Assembly: GCA_016931035.1 (NCBI GenBank)
Contig: JAFGFN010000026.1
Coordinates: forward strand, 21,235 to 85,234
Origin: Candidatus Sumerlaeota bacterium
GTDB taxonomy: Bacteria > Sumerlaeota > Sumerlaeia > UBA8349
Length of the DNA stretch: 64,000 nucleotides
Direction of reading: 5' to 3'
Shown here: in pieces, positions 49,194-58,475 of the stretch
Numbering within the stretch: the stretch's first letter is position 1
How the letters are laid out: each line of letters starts with the position of its first letter
Made by a program: the position numbers and the translations under genes
The notes under the pieces: generated by a model
What the model saw: only the letters and a program-made list of their open reading frames with translations
Databases searched by the model: none
What the model was told of the DNA's origin: nothing

Positions 49194-51047
49194 ATGAACG
49201 ATTCGGCCATCCGCCTCAAAGAGCTCGGGAAGATGTACAAACTCTTCCGCCATCCGGCGGACAGGGTGTTCGACGCGTTCGGTCTCCGCCGCCGTCCGTT
49301 CGGACCCAAACTCGTCTTCCAGGAGTTCTGGGCGCTGCGCGGCATCGACCTGCGCGTGACCAAGGGGGAGAGAATCGGCATCATCGGCCAGAACGGCGCG
49401 GGCAAAAGCACCCTGCTCAAGATCGTCACCGGCGTCGCTGCGCCGACCGAAGGGAGCGTCGAGGTCTCGGGACAGATTCAGGCCTTGCTCGAACTCGGGA
49501 CCGGTTTCCACCCGGAATTCACGGGACGCGAGAACATCCGGGCGTCGTTGTCGCTCAACGAATTCTCCTCGTCCGAGATCCGCGAGATGGAGGAGGATAT
49601 CGTCGACTTCGCGGAACTCGGCGATTTCATCGACCACCCTCTCAAGACCTATTCGGCGGGGATGGCGGCCCGATTGGCTTTCTCGACCGCCTCGGCCATT
49701 CGGCCCGAAATCCTCATCATCGACGAGGTCCTGGGCGCGGGCGACGCCTACTTCGCGGGCAAATGCGTCGAACGGATGAAGCAACTCACCCACGAATCGG
49801 GCGCGACGGTCCTCTTCGTCAGCCACGACCTGAACAGCGTCCAGGCCCTGTGCGAGCGCGTCCTCTGGATTCATCGCGGCCAGGTGCATCGCGACGGCGC
49901 GCCGCTCGATACGATCCAGGACTACATGGCGATGGTGCGGCGCGACGAGGAAACGCGGCTCCGCGCGCGCGACCTGAGAGTCCTGAAGAAACAGGCCCTC
50001 TTCCTCGAACGGGACGAGGACGTTTACGAAAAGACCTTGTTCCACTTTGTTTGTCCCGGATCGCCTCCCCCGCCGCCGGGACAGCGCATCTACGGCCTGA
50101 CCCTCTCGGTCGACGAGCAGGAGGCCGCCCGAATCGCGGTCGGGAGCCCGATGGACAATTCGGCCGATCACATGAATTACCTCATGGACACTCCCGGCTA
50201 CATGGACTGGGGACCCGCCGCCAAGGATCGCAACAGTCGGCCCTATCGCGAGTACGGCGACTACAAGGGGCGCTACGGCCACGCCCCCTTCGAGTTCGCC
50301 GTGCCGCGCACTCTGTTGCGCGAGGGCGAGACGCAACGCCTTCAACTCGACATCGAAGCCTCCGTCACTCATGAGGGCATCGCCGTCGAGGCGTACAACG
50401 GCGAGGCCTATGTCCCGATCGGCCCCGTCGCTACGGGCGAAGGCGTGGCGACGCGCCTCGAGTTTTCGAGCGCCCTTCTCCGACCCGGAAAGCAAGCGCT
50501 CGGCGCCGCCGCGCCGTCCGGAGAAACCGCTCTTCTGTCCGCCGCCGAACGTCCGGCCGAGCACGCGCCTCAACAACCCGTCCGCCACGAATACGGCGCG
50601 GGAGGGGCGAAGATTCTCCAGGTGCGAATGCTCAACGCCCAGGGCGAGGACACGCGCGTCTTTCATCCCGACGAACCGATGCGGGTCGAGATCGAATTCC
50701 AAGCCGAGGCCGAGCTGGCCGATCCCGTCTTCGTGTTCTGCGCCTATCTGCCCGACGGCCGGTGCGCCACCCAGTGGATCGTCGATTCGCGGACAATGGG
50801 CTCGCCCCGCGTGCCGCCGGGCAAGGGGCGCGCGACGTTTCGGATCGACCGGCTTGTCTTGGGCAAGTCCGCCTACGTCGCCAGCGCGGCGATCTTCAAG
50901 TTCCTGCGTCCCGACGGGCGGGAACCCGAAAGCTATCACGTCCTCGACCGATGCATCCATTTCCAAGTGGTACAAGGCGTAGAACACGTTTACGAGAAAG
51001 GGTTGTGCGTGCAACCCTTCGAGGCGGAGATCGATCTTGGACGCTGA
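49194..51047 (+). CDS. wzt: Polysaccharide ABC exporter ATP-binding protein with a C-terminal carbohydrate-binding extension
   Basis: Nucleotide-binding domain (GQNGAGKST, LSGG-like, DEVLGAGD) in residues 1-250. About 180-aa unique linker. C-terminal 150-aa Wzt_C-like beta-sandwich (KILQVRMLNAQGE...). Confidence 0.85.
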   Translation: MNDSAIRLKELGKMYKLFRHPADRVFDAFGLRRRPFGPKLVFQEFWALRGIDLRVTKGERIGIIGQNGAGKSTLLKIVTGVAAPTEGSVEVSGQIQALLELGTGFHPEFTGRENIRASLSLNEFSSSEIREMEEDIVDFAELGDFIDHPLKTYSAGMAARLAFSTASAIRPEILIIDEVLGAGDAYFAGKCVERMKQLTHESGATVLFVSHDLNSVQALCERVLWIHRGQVHRDGAPLDTIQDYMAMVRRDEETRLRARDLRVLKKQALFLERDEDVYEKTLFHFVCPGSPPPPPGQRIYGLTLSVDEQEAARIAVGSPMDNSADHMNYLMDTPGYMDWGPAAKDRNSRPYREYGDYKGRYGHAPFEFAVPRTLLREGETQRLQLDIEASVTHEGIAVEAYNGEAYVPIGPVATGEGVATRLEFSSALLRPGKQALGAAAPSGETALLSAAERPAEHAPQQPVRHEYGAGGAKILQVRMLNAQGEDTRVFHPDEPMRVEIEFQAEAELADPVFVFCAYLPDGRCATQWIVDSRTMGSPRVPPGKGRATFRIDRLVLGKSAYVASAAIFKFLRPDGREPESYHVLDRCIHFQVVQGVEHVYEKGLCVQPFEAEIDLGR

Positions 51048-54000
51048 CACCCAATACTTCGATCAGCCCGAAATCTGGGGACAGGCGCCGGAACCGTACC
51101 AGCGCCAGGTCCTGGCGGACGTTCTCAGTCTGTTGCCCGACGACGTCGAGAGCGTCCTGGACGCCGGCTGCGGCGACGGCTACATCGCGAACGCCCTGCC
51201 CGAACGCCTTCGCGTCGTCGGACTCGACGTGAGCGAAACGGCCCTCCAACACGTCCGCCGGGAAACGCGGGTCGGGTCGATCGCGGACCTTCCGTTCCCC
51301 GACGGATCGTTCGATCTCGCGATGGCCAACGACGTGGTCGAACATCTGTCGAAAGAGGATTACCGGCGGGCCCTGGCCGAACTGCGGCGCGTCTCTCGGA
51401 AGTACATCCTTCTCACGGTTCCCCTCAACGAACAACTCGAAGCGAACGAAGCCCGGTGCGCCGATTGCGGGGCGATCTACCACGTGAACCATCATCGGCG
51501 ATCTTTCTCCGAACGGTCCCTCGATCGTCTGTTCGGCGCCAGGTTCAAAGTCGTCGAAACCCGGCTGTCGGGAGACGTGACCGGAAGACCGCGCGACCCG
51601 ACCGCCGCGCTTCGTCGGAACCTGGGTTTCTATCACACATGGGAAAAGGCTATGTGCCCCGAGTGCGGGTCGAAACGCCAAATCCAGCCACCCACTTCTT
51701 CCACCCTGCGCCGGACGCTCGACGCTCTGCGCACGCGACGTTATGCGGAGACTCTCGTGCAACGCGGCCCGTGGAACGATCGTTCGGAAATCGTCGCGCT
51801 GTTCTCGCGTCGCCCGGGGCGGGTCCCTCTCGAAGACCTCTCTCCCGAAACGTTCTCCGTCCCCGCGCTCCGTGTGAATCTCGCCAATGCTCTCCAACGC
51901 GCCGAACCTGGGTTCACGCCGGGCGCGATCCGGCCTCGCTTTCTAACCCGGGGACCGTGGGAAGCGACCCCCAACGGTCTCCAAGCCCGGACGGGCGACG
52001 AACCGTCGCTCGTCCTCATCCGCTTTCCCGTCGAGCCCCGAGAAGGCGATCGACTCATCGTCGAAAGCGAGGGACGCGGTCGGTTGATCGTCTCCTCCCT
52101 CGATCCTCTCCTCGGGCGCGCGTTCGCTCTTCAGGACAAGCGCTACACGCAGGAGGACGCCCGGTTTCTGGAGATTCCCGTTTGCGAGACCTGGTGGCCC
52201 GACCAGGCGGGTTGGGGACTGGAGATTGTCGCCCAAGACGCTCTCGTGCTTCATTCCGTCGAGCTCCGGCCCGCCTCGGACGCCGCTCGGCGAACACTCA
52301 ACGCCGTCCGTCTCGAACCGGGACACCACATCGTGCGACGAACGATCGACGGCGTGGTGCGTTCGTGGGGACTCATGACGGAACACGCAGGATGGCGCCC
52401 GCTGCCGGATCTCGAAGCGTTCTTCTCGAAATCTCGCCCCAAACCCGAATCCCACGACGCCGATTGGGCTGAGTTCGCCGAGACGATCCGGGAGGCGGAC
52501 GACCGACGCCGCCGCGAGATCGATCTCCTCCGACGCGGCTCCGAGTTGACCGAGACGAAGCGCGCGAGGGCCGAAGAAGCGTATTCTCAAGCGCAAGAAC
52601 GGGCCTCGGCGGTGGAGACGGCGCGCGACGAGATGCAGGCGCTTCGAACCCAAGTCGAGACGCTCCGCGCCGCGCTGACTCGCACCGAGGAGGCGCGAGA
52701 CCGGGCCGAGAAGAGCTATATCGCCGCCTGCGAAGAACATCGGGCCTTGAGCGCCGAAACGGAATCGCTGCGCAAGACTCTGGCTCAAACCGAGGAGGGA
52801 TGGAGCCGGGCCGAGAAAACCTACATCGCCGCCTGCGAAGAACACCAGGCGCTTTGCGCCGAGACCCAGTCGTTGCGCGACGGTCTCGCGCGGACGGAAG
52901 AGGCGCGGAATCGAGCGGAGAAGAGCTATATCGCCGCGTGCGAAGAACATCAGGCGATGCGTCGCGGGACGGAGTCTTTGCGCAACGCCCTCACCGAGGC
53001 CGAGAACGCGCTCCGGCGCGCGCAGGAGGACCACGAGACGGACCTGAAGGAGAAAGAGCGTCTCCGCGACGAAGCGCGAGAACTCCGGACGGCCCTGTCT
53101 CAGGCCCAGGAGACCCGCCGGCGCGCCGAAGAATCGTGCGCGGCACTGCGCGACGAGAAGAACGCGCTCCACGACCAGCTCGCGAACGTGCGCGACGCGC
53201 TCGTTCAGGTGGAACAGGCGCGCGACCGCGCCGAGAACGCTCGCGTCGCCCTGTCCGAAGAACGGCTGGCGCTTCGAGTCGACATGGACGCCCTGAGACG
53301 TTCTCTCGCTCAGACCGAGAAAGAACGTCTCAGGATCGAAAGCGCGTCGGCCGCGCTGGAACGTCGAGTGATGAAACTCGAGCAGGCGCTGACCGATGCG
53401 GAACAGGAAATCGCGACCTCGAAACAGGAAGTCGCCTCTCTGCACGATGAGACCGTCCGCGCCGAGGTAGAGATCGACAAGACGCGCAGGCAGCGCGACA
53501 AGGCGGAGAACGCCTGTGTCGTCCTGCGAAAATCCCACGAAGACCTCGAGAAGCGCCTCGCGGCCCTAACCGAAGAATGTCGCTCGATGCGAGGCGTGCG
53601 GGGCGGGACGCGCGAGATTCTCTACGCCGTCAAGAAATGGATCGTCGGGCACCCTCCCGATTCGCCAGACGAGACGTATCCCGCGCGCTGGAAGTCGTTG
53701 CCCGCCGCCCTCGCCGACGGCCGCTCGCCCCGGGTCCTCGTTCTGTCCCACATGTTCCCGCATCCCGATCAACCCGCGCTCGGCTCCTTCATCCTCGAGC
53801 AGGTCCGGGCGCTCCGTCGCGACGCGGGAGTCGACGCCCGCGTCCTTTCGGGCCGACCTTACTGGATGAACCTCTCGCGCCATCCCCGAACGCTGTGGCT
53901 CCGAAACCTCGACTATTCGCGCAAGGCGCTCCCCAACGTCCGCTGGCGTGAACTCGACGGCGTCCCGGTCATGTACGTCCCCTACCGAGTCGTCGCCCGT

Positions 54001-54960
54001 CCGTGGACGCACGGCTGGTCGTATCGCAACGCCATGATGCGCGTGCTCGACCGGGTGCGAGCGGAATTCCGTTTCGACCTGGTCCACGCCCACACCGCCT
54101 ATCTCGACGGGACCGCCGGTCTGGCCATCGCTCGGCGCTTCGGAGTTCCGTTCCTTATCACCGAGCACACCGGCCCGTTCTCTCATTTACTTCGCGGTCC
54201 CATCATGACCCGCCAAACGAAACGCGCGCTCAACGGCGCCGACCGGACGATCGCCGTGTCGAACGACCTGAAACGAAACATGGGCGAAGTCATGAGTCCG
54301 GAGAAGGGCGAAAAGATCGTCGTCCTGCCCAACGGCGTCGACACGGAACTCTTCCGTCTGCCCGACGAACACCGGCCCGATCCGCGAGCGCCGCGCATCT
54401 TCTTCGTCGGCGGACTCGGACCCGTCAAGAACCTGCGTCTTCTCCTTAGGGCGTTCCAGATTATCGCGGGAGAGACTCCCGATGCGACACTGAACCTGAT
54501 CGGGGGCGAGGAAAAGGCCGGCAAGAAGAAGGTTCTCGACGATCTCGCCGGGGAACTCGGCCTGGTCAACCAAGTGCGATTCCTCGGACCCAAGACGCGC
54601 GAGGAAGTGGCGGAGCTCCTTCGCGAGGAGGCGGATCTCCTAGTCCTGTCCAGTCGGACGGAGACTTTCGGTTGCGTTCTTGTCGAGGCGATGGCGTGCG
54701 GCAAACCGGTCGTCGCCACGCGGTGCGGAGGACCCGAAGACATCGTGGCCGACAACCAAGTCGGACGGTTGTGCGAGAACGACAACGTCGAGGACCTGGC
54801 GCGGGCGCTTCGCGAGACGATCGAGAACCTTCCGCGATTCTCGCCGCAAGTCATCCGCCAATTCGCGGTCGAACGCTACGGATACGACGCCCTCACCGAG
54901 AACCTGCGACGGCTCTATGCGGAGCTCGCCGGGGCTGGAAACGGGCTACGCCGGACATGA
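51037..54960 (+). CDS. Tri-domain protein: SAM-dependent methyltransferase, extended coiled coil, glycosyltransferase family 4
   Basis: TTG start overlaps the wzt stop. MT motif I VLDAGCGDGY with Zn-ribbon-like CADC...CPEC. Residues about 480-850 form a heptad-periodic, 35-aa repeat coiled coil. Residues about 900-1307 form a GT4 domain ending in an EX7E region (ETFGCVLVEAMACGKPVVAT). Confidence 0.8.
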   Translation: MDADTQYFDQPEIWGQAPEPYQRQVLADVLSLLPDDVESVLDAGCGDGYIANALPERLRVVGLDVSETALQHVRRETRVGSIADLPFPDGSFDLAMANDVVEHLSKEDYRRALAELRRVSRKYILLTVPLNEQLEANEARCADCGAIYHVNHHRRSFSERSLDRLFGARFKVVETRLSGDVTGRPRDPTAALRRNLGFYHTWEKAMCPECGSKRQIQPPTSSTLRRTLDALRTRRYAETLVQRGPWNDRSEIVALFSRRPGRVPLEDLSPETFSVPALRVNLANALQRAEPGFTPGAIRPRFLTRGPWEATPNGLQARTGDEPSLVLIRFPVEPREGDRLIVESEGRGRLIVSSLDPLLGRAFALQDKRYTQEDARFLEIPVCETWWPDQAGWGLEIVAQDALVLHSVELRPASDAARRTLNAVRLEPGHHIVRRTIDGVVRSWGLMTEHAGWRPLPDLEAFFSKSRPKPESHDADWAEFAETIREADDRRRREIDLLRRGSELTETKRARAEEAYSQAQERASAVETARDEMQALRTQVETLRAALTRTEEARDRAEKSYIAACEEHRALSAETESLRKTLAQTEEGWSRAEKTYIAACEEHQALCAETQSLRDGLARTEEARNRAEKSYIAACEEHQAMRRGTESLRNALTEAENALRRAQEDHETDLKEKERLRDEARELRTALSQAQETRRRAEESCAALRDEKNALHDQLANVRDALVQVEQARDRAENARVALSEERLALRVDMDALRRSLAQTEKERLRIESASAALERRVMKLEQALTDAEQEIATSKQEVASLHDETVRAEVEIDKTRRQRDKAENACVVLRKSHEDLEKRLAALTEECRSMRGVRGGTREILYAVKKWIVGHPPDSPDETYPARWKSLPAALADGRSPRVLVLSHMFPHPDQPALGSFILEQVRALRRDAGVDARVLSGRPYWMNLSRHPRTLWLRNLDYSRKALPNVRWRELDGVPVMYVPYRVVARPWTHGWSYRNAMMRVLDRVRAEFRFDLVHAHTAYLDGTAGLAIARRFGVPFLITEHTGPFSHLLRGPIMTRQTKRALNGADRTIAVSNDLKRNMGEVMSPEKGEKIVVLPNGVDTELFRLPDEHRPDPRAPRIFFVGGLGPVKNLRLLLRAFQIIAGETPDATLNLIGGEEKAGKKKVLDDLAGELGLVNQVRFLGPKTREEVAELLREEADLLVLSSRTETFGCVLVEAMACGKPVVATRCGGPEDIVADNQVGRLCENDNVEDLARALRETIENLPRFSPQVIRQFAVERYGYDALTENLRRLYAELAGAGNGLRRT
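52684..52998 (+). repeat. 3 x 105-bp near-identical in-frame tandem repeats encoding 35-aa coiled-coil units (RAEKSYIAACEEH...)
   Basis: Unit starts at 52684, 52789 and 52894. At least four more diverged 35-aa units follow. Confidence 0.8.
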
Positions 54961-54981
54961 CGCGGCATCCCGTCTTCTCGA

Positions 54982-57534
54982 TCATTCCGAGAGGGGCGTC
55001 GTTCGCCACTCGATGTCGCCGCCTTCGAGCGACGGCGGCGACGGACCGGGATACAGCCCCAGTCCCGTGATACAAACGCAACGCTGCTCGACGCGGCGCG
55101 TGGCCAGCGTCACGGTAGTCGATTCCTCGCTCGCCCACGGCGCGAGCGGAACCCAGTCCCGGACGGCCTTCGCCGACCGGTAGGCAATCTCGAATCGCCG
55201 TCTCCCGATCTCCGCTTCCAAAACGTTCTCCTCGGGGCCGTTCGAGTAGACTTCCAGGAAGAGTCCGCCGCTCGACGATCCGAACAATTCGTTCAGGTTC
55301 CGAGAGGAGAGCCGCACCTTCGCACCGCGAGTCAAGAGCATCGTCCGATTGTTCTCCACGAAATCCGAGGAAGAAACGCCGGTCGAGGGCGCCTCCGAAG
55401 CCGGACGCCATCCCTCCGGATCGAACGCTTCGGTCGCCGGAACGAATCGCGCGACCGCGTTCGGGCTCAACCCGTAGAGCCGTATGACGTAGTCGAAGCT
55501 CGATGTCCGTAGCGTGTCGCGCCTCAGACTCCGCCTCTGCGATACGCCGTCGGCCATTGGACACATGAATGCCGTTGTCTGGAAAAGCGGCGTCATGTGC
55601 CGTCGCAAAACGGCCCCCCACGGGAGGCTCAAAGACAACGTCTCCGACGAATAGGCGGATTCGCAAGCCAGGATTCCGAAACGACGATCGGGCGCAAGCT
55701 CGGAATACAGCGGCTCGACCCGGCCCTGTGGAAGCGGCGCGGGATTGAAGTAACGCAGCGGTATCGCAAGAATCGGGGACACACCGCTTGCCGAACACGC
55801 GCGGCTCGACTCCCCCGCCGCGCGGTAGCGATTCCAGTAGAGGGCGCGATGACGAACGCCCCAGTTTCCCGCCAGGAGTCCAACGCAAACCGCCGCCGCG
55901 ATCCACTTCGCCGCGCTCCTCACGCGGCCGGGTCGGGTTCGCAGCAGTTCCGACGGCGCATACAACAAAGCGACGAAGTAAAGCGTGTAGAGCGCGACGT
56001 AGTTGCGGCGCTCGAAATGGTGTCCGTATTGAAGAATGAGGAGATACGTCAGTGGAAACCACAGAACGGCCAGGATATCCCATCGGCCCGCCTTTCCCCG
56101 GAACGCCCGCGCGAGAAAAAGCAACCACCCGCTCACGACGCACAACGCGCCGATCCCAAAGAGAATCGGTCCCTCGGCGTGCGCCAGCATCCGGAGCGCT
56201 TCCGCGATCTCTCGTTTCTGGTTCGCGGCGGGGTTCGCGTGGACGAGGAGCATCGAGAAGTATCCCGGGCCAAAGAAAGCGTAGAGAAGGTTCGCCGCGG
56301 TGAACACGGCGCCGATCGCGAAACACAGCCATCCGAGCCGCAAAGCCTGACGCCCATGCCGCCGCGACAGAAACAGCAACCCGATGGAAAGGGCGATCGA
56401 GAGAACCGAGAGCGTCACGACGAGATTCCATCGCGCCGCTTCGCTCAGGTTCGTGACGAGCGCGTACCCTTGCGACACATCGGCCTTGTACCAGAAGAGC
56501 GATGGAGCGTTCGGCAGGACGGCGAAGACGCCGAGTCCCACGAGAATCGCTAGTGTCGACAGGCTGCGCCGCAAGACGACGAGCGCGGCAAGACCCTCGA
56601 GAATCGCCAGGACGATCAGCAAGAACATCGTCGTCGGGTAAGCCAGCTGCGACAACGCGAGAAGCGCGCCTCCCGCCGCCGCCCATCCGGCCCCGCCGGA
56701 ACGGCCCGTCGATTCGGACGCCCACAGATACGACGCCAAACCGCCCACGAGCAGGCACGCTTGCACAGTCACCGGAAACCCGGACGGCAGATAACAGGAG
56801 TGCATGAGAGAGAACGTCGGAAGCGCCGCCGCGACGGCGCCCGCGGCCGCCCCGAAACGTCGGGCGAAAAGAACGCCGAAGATCGCCGCCGTGAGCAAAC
56901 CGCAAATCAGATTCGCGCTCACCTGGATCGTCTCGCGCATCGGCAGACCGAGCAGGACCGCAATCGGAGGCAGCGGCACGTGAAACAGAGGCTTGGTGTG
57001 GACGGCCGCCAGGGTCCTGAAGTACGCCCTCGCGGCCTCCGAGCGACGCATCCCATCGAGTCTCTCGACGGAACTGCCGAACGTCGCCGCGGCATTCCGC
57101 CGGAGATCGTCGGCGAGAAGGGGCGAGAGGCTCCCGCGCAACGCAAGACTCAGATACGCCGTCGCCAGCGTGTTCTGCTGCATGTAGAGATTCTCGTCGT
57201 ACATGAAGAAGCCGCTCTTCACGTACTTCCCATGACACGCGGCGAACACGACCAGAAGAACGACGATCCCGATCGCGAGCGACCGAAGCGACGGACCCGC
57301 GCCGCCGTCCCGTCCGTCGTCGTTCGACGCCGCGTCCAAGTGAAACGCCGTCGCCTGTTCTTCCAGGACGGAAAGATCCAAGAACCGGGATTGCGCGACG
57401 TAGCGCGGGCCCGTCTTGGTGCGGACGAACAGCCGCACCAGAATCGCCTTGAGCGCACCCGAGAATCCCGGGACCCATCCGAACGCGATGAGAGCCGATC
57501 GAAAAGCAACGAAACGCGTCGGAGTCATGCGCAT
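54982..57534 (-). CDS. Large polytopic membrane protein, GT-C-like (YDE motif in first loop), with C-terminal soluble domain
   Basis: Start ATG at 57534 (MRMTPTRF) overlaps the upstream gene by 10 nt. About 14 TM helices. The upstream Arg-rich extension of the ORF and the alternative-frame ORF 54893..57478 are rejected. Confidence 0.5.
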   Translation of the reverse strand: MRMTPTRFVAFRSALIAFGWVPGFSGALKAILVRLFVRTKTGPRYVAQSRFLDLSVLEEQATAFHLDAASNDDGRDGGAGPSLRSLAIGIVVLLVVFAACHGKYVKSGFFMYDENLYMQQNTLATAYLSLALRGSLSPLLADDLRRNAAATFGSSVERLDGMRRSEAARAYFRTLAAVHTKPLFHVPLPPIAVLLGLPMRETIQVSANLICGLLTAAIFGVLFARRFGAAAGAVAAALPTFSLMHSCYLPSGFPVTVQACLLVGGLASYLWASESTGRSGGAGWAAAGGALLALSQLAYPTTMFLLIVLAILEGLAALVVLRRSLSTLAILVGLGVFAVLPNAPSLFWYKADVSQGYALVTNLSEAARWNLVVTLSVLSIALSIGLLFLSRRHGRQALRLGWLCFAIGAVFTAANLLYAFFGPGYFSMLLVHANPAANQKREIAEALRMLAHAEGPILFGIGALCVVSGWLLFLARAFRGKAGRWDILAVLWFPLTYLLILQYGHHFERRNYVALYTLYFVALLYAPSELLRTRPGRVRSAAKWIAAAVCVGLLAGNWGVRHRALYWNRYRAAGESSRACSASGVSPILAIPLRYFNPAPLPQGRVEPLYSELAPDRRFGILACESAYSSETLSLSLPWGAVLRRHMTPLFQTTAFMCPMADGVSQRRSLRRDTLRTSSFDYVIRLYGLSPNAVARFVPATEAFDPEGWRPASEAPSTGVSSSDFVENNRTMLLTRGAKVRLSSRNLNELFGSSSGGLFLEVYSNGPEENVLEAEIGRRRFEIAYRSAKAVRDWVPLAPWASEESTTVTLATRRVEQRCVCITGLGLYPGPSPPSLEGGDIEWRTTPLSE

Positions 57535-58475
57535 GGCTCGACGCCCTCCCGCACGAGATGGGTCAGCAGGTAGTCCGTCGCCATCGGAATCGAATAACGG
57601 TCGTCCATCCAAAGCGGATTGACGATGATATTCTCCTCCAAACCGCGCTCGATCCGTTCGAGCAGGGGGCTCCGCAATCTCGCGAAGGCCGAGGGATAGA
57701 GAAACTGCGTGCGACGACTCGTGTCCGCGTATTCGAACAGTCCGTTCGGCGCCACGCGTTCGCGCAGCCACTCGTCGCATCGCCGCGCCGCTTCCCACGC
57801 GGCTTCCGATCCGGAAGCGGCGGCGTATTGGGTCACAAGGCTCATCGTGATCGAGGCGTAGCCGACGTCCGGGCCGTCGTATTCGAGAAAGCAACCGGTC
57901 GGAAGTTGGTGCGCGATCAGAAGACCGATCTGTTCTTCCGCCGCTCGAGCGAACGTCGCGTCGTCCGCGATGCGCGAGGTGTTCCAGAGCGCCGCGCACG
58001 AGGCGGCGAGCTGGTTCGCCACGTCGGCCCGTGGGTGTCGCGCGAGCCAGCGGGCCGTCGGGCGCAAGTCGATGCCGAAGTCGTCTCCCGCCAGAAGCAT
58101 CGCCGCCGTGATCGCTTGGGCCGACATCGCCGTGGCGCAGAAGCTCCGTTCCCACGGATAGACTTCGTCCACCGAGCCGTCGGAATGGCGCTGGGAACTC
58201 CAGAACCGCGCGGCCGCCCGAATCTGCGGCGCAAAGAGATCGCGCGCACTCGGCAGGCACTGTCCGAGACGCGCAAGGTAGAGCGCACACTCCTGATAGC
58301 GAGCGTTGCAGGTGTCGTGGATGCCGTAGTGCCACCAGGAGCGGTCGAAACAACCGTGCGTCGCCGACTCCGGGTCCATGTCGAGGAAACCAAGGAAACG
58401 CTCACACAGCGCGCGGCCGAAACGGAGGAACTCGCTCGACCGATGCGGAGGCGGTGGGGTGAGATCGATCGTCAT
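57525..58475 (-). CDS. Hypothetical protein (possibly alpha/alpha-toroid fold)
   Basis: Start MTIDLTPP at 58475, ATGA-overlapping the upstream gene. Trp/aromatic-rich. Confidence 0.4.
   Translation of the reverse strand: MTIDLTPPPPHRSSEFLRFGRALCERFLGFLDMDPESATHGCFDRSWWHYGIHDTCNARYQECALYLARLGQCLPSARDLFAPQIRAAARFWSSQRHSDGSVDEVYPWERSFCATAMSAQAITAAMLLAGDDFGIDLRPTARWLARHPRADVANQLAASCAALWNTSRIADDATFARAAEEQIGLLIAHQLPTGCFLEYDGPDVGYASITMSLVTQYAAASGSEAAWEAARRCDEWLRERVAPNGLFEYADTSRRTQFLYPSAFARLRSPLLERIERGLEENIIVNPLWMDDRYSIPMATDYLLTHLVREGVEPCA

Noticed and set aside
54893-57478. 861-aa minus-strand ORF in an alternative frame to the GT-C-like membrane protein
   Set aside because: Arg/Gly-rich composition with no hydrophobic segments. 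The other frame (54982..57534) encodes a coherent multi-TM protein with an operon-coupled start.
57535-58353. N-terminal 273-aa extension of ORF 54982..58353
   Set aside because: Arg-rich, overlaps the upstream gene 57525..58475 in another frame. The ATG at 57534 gives a start overlapping the preceding stop, consistent with the other ATGA-coupled genes in the operon.
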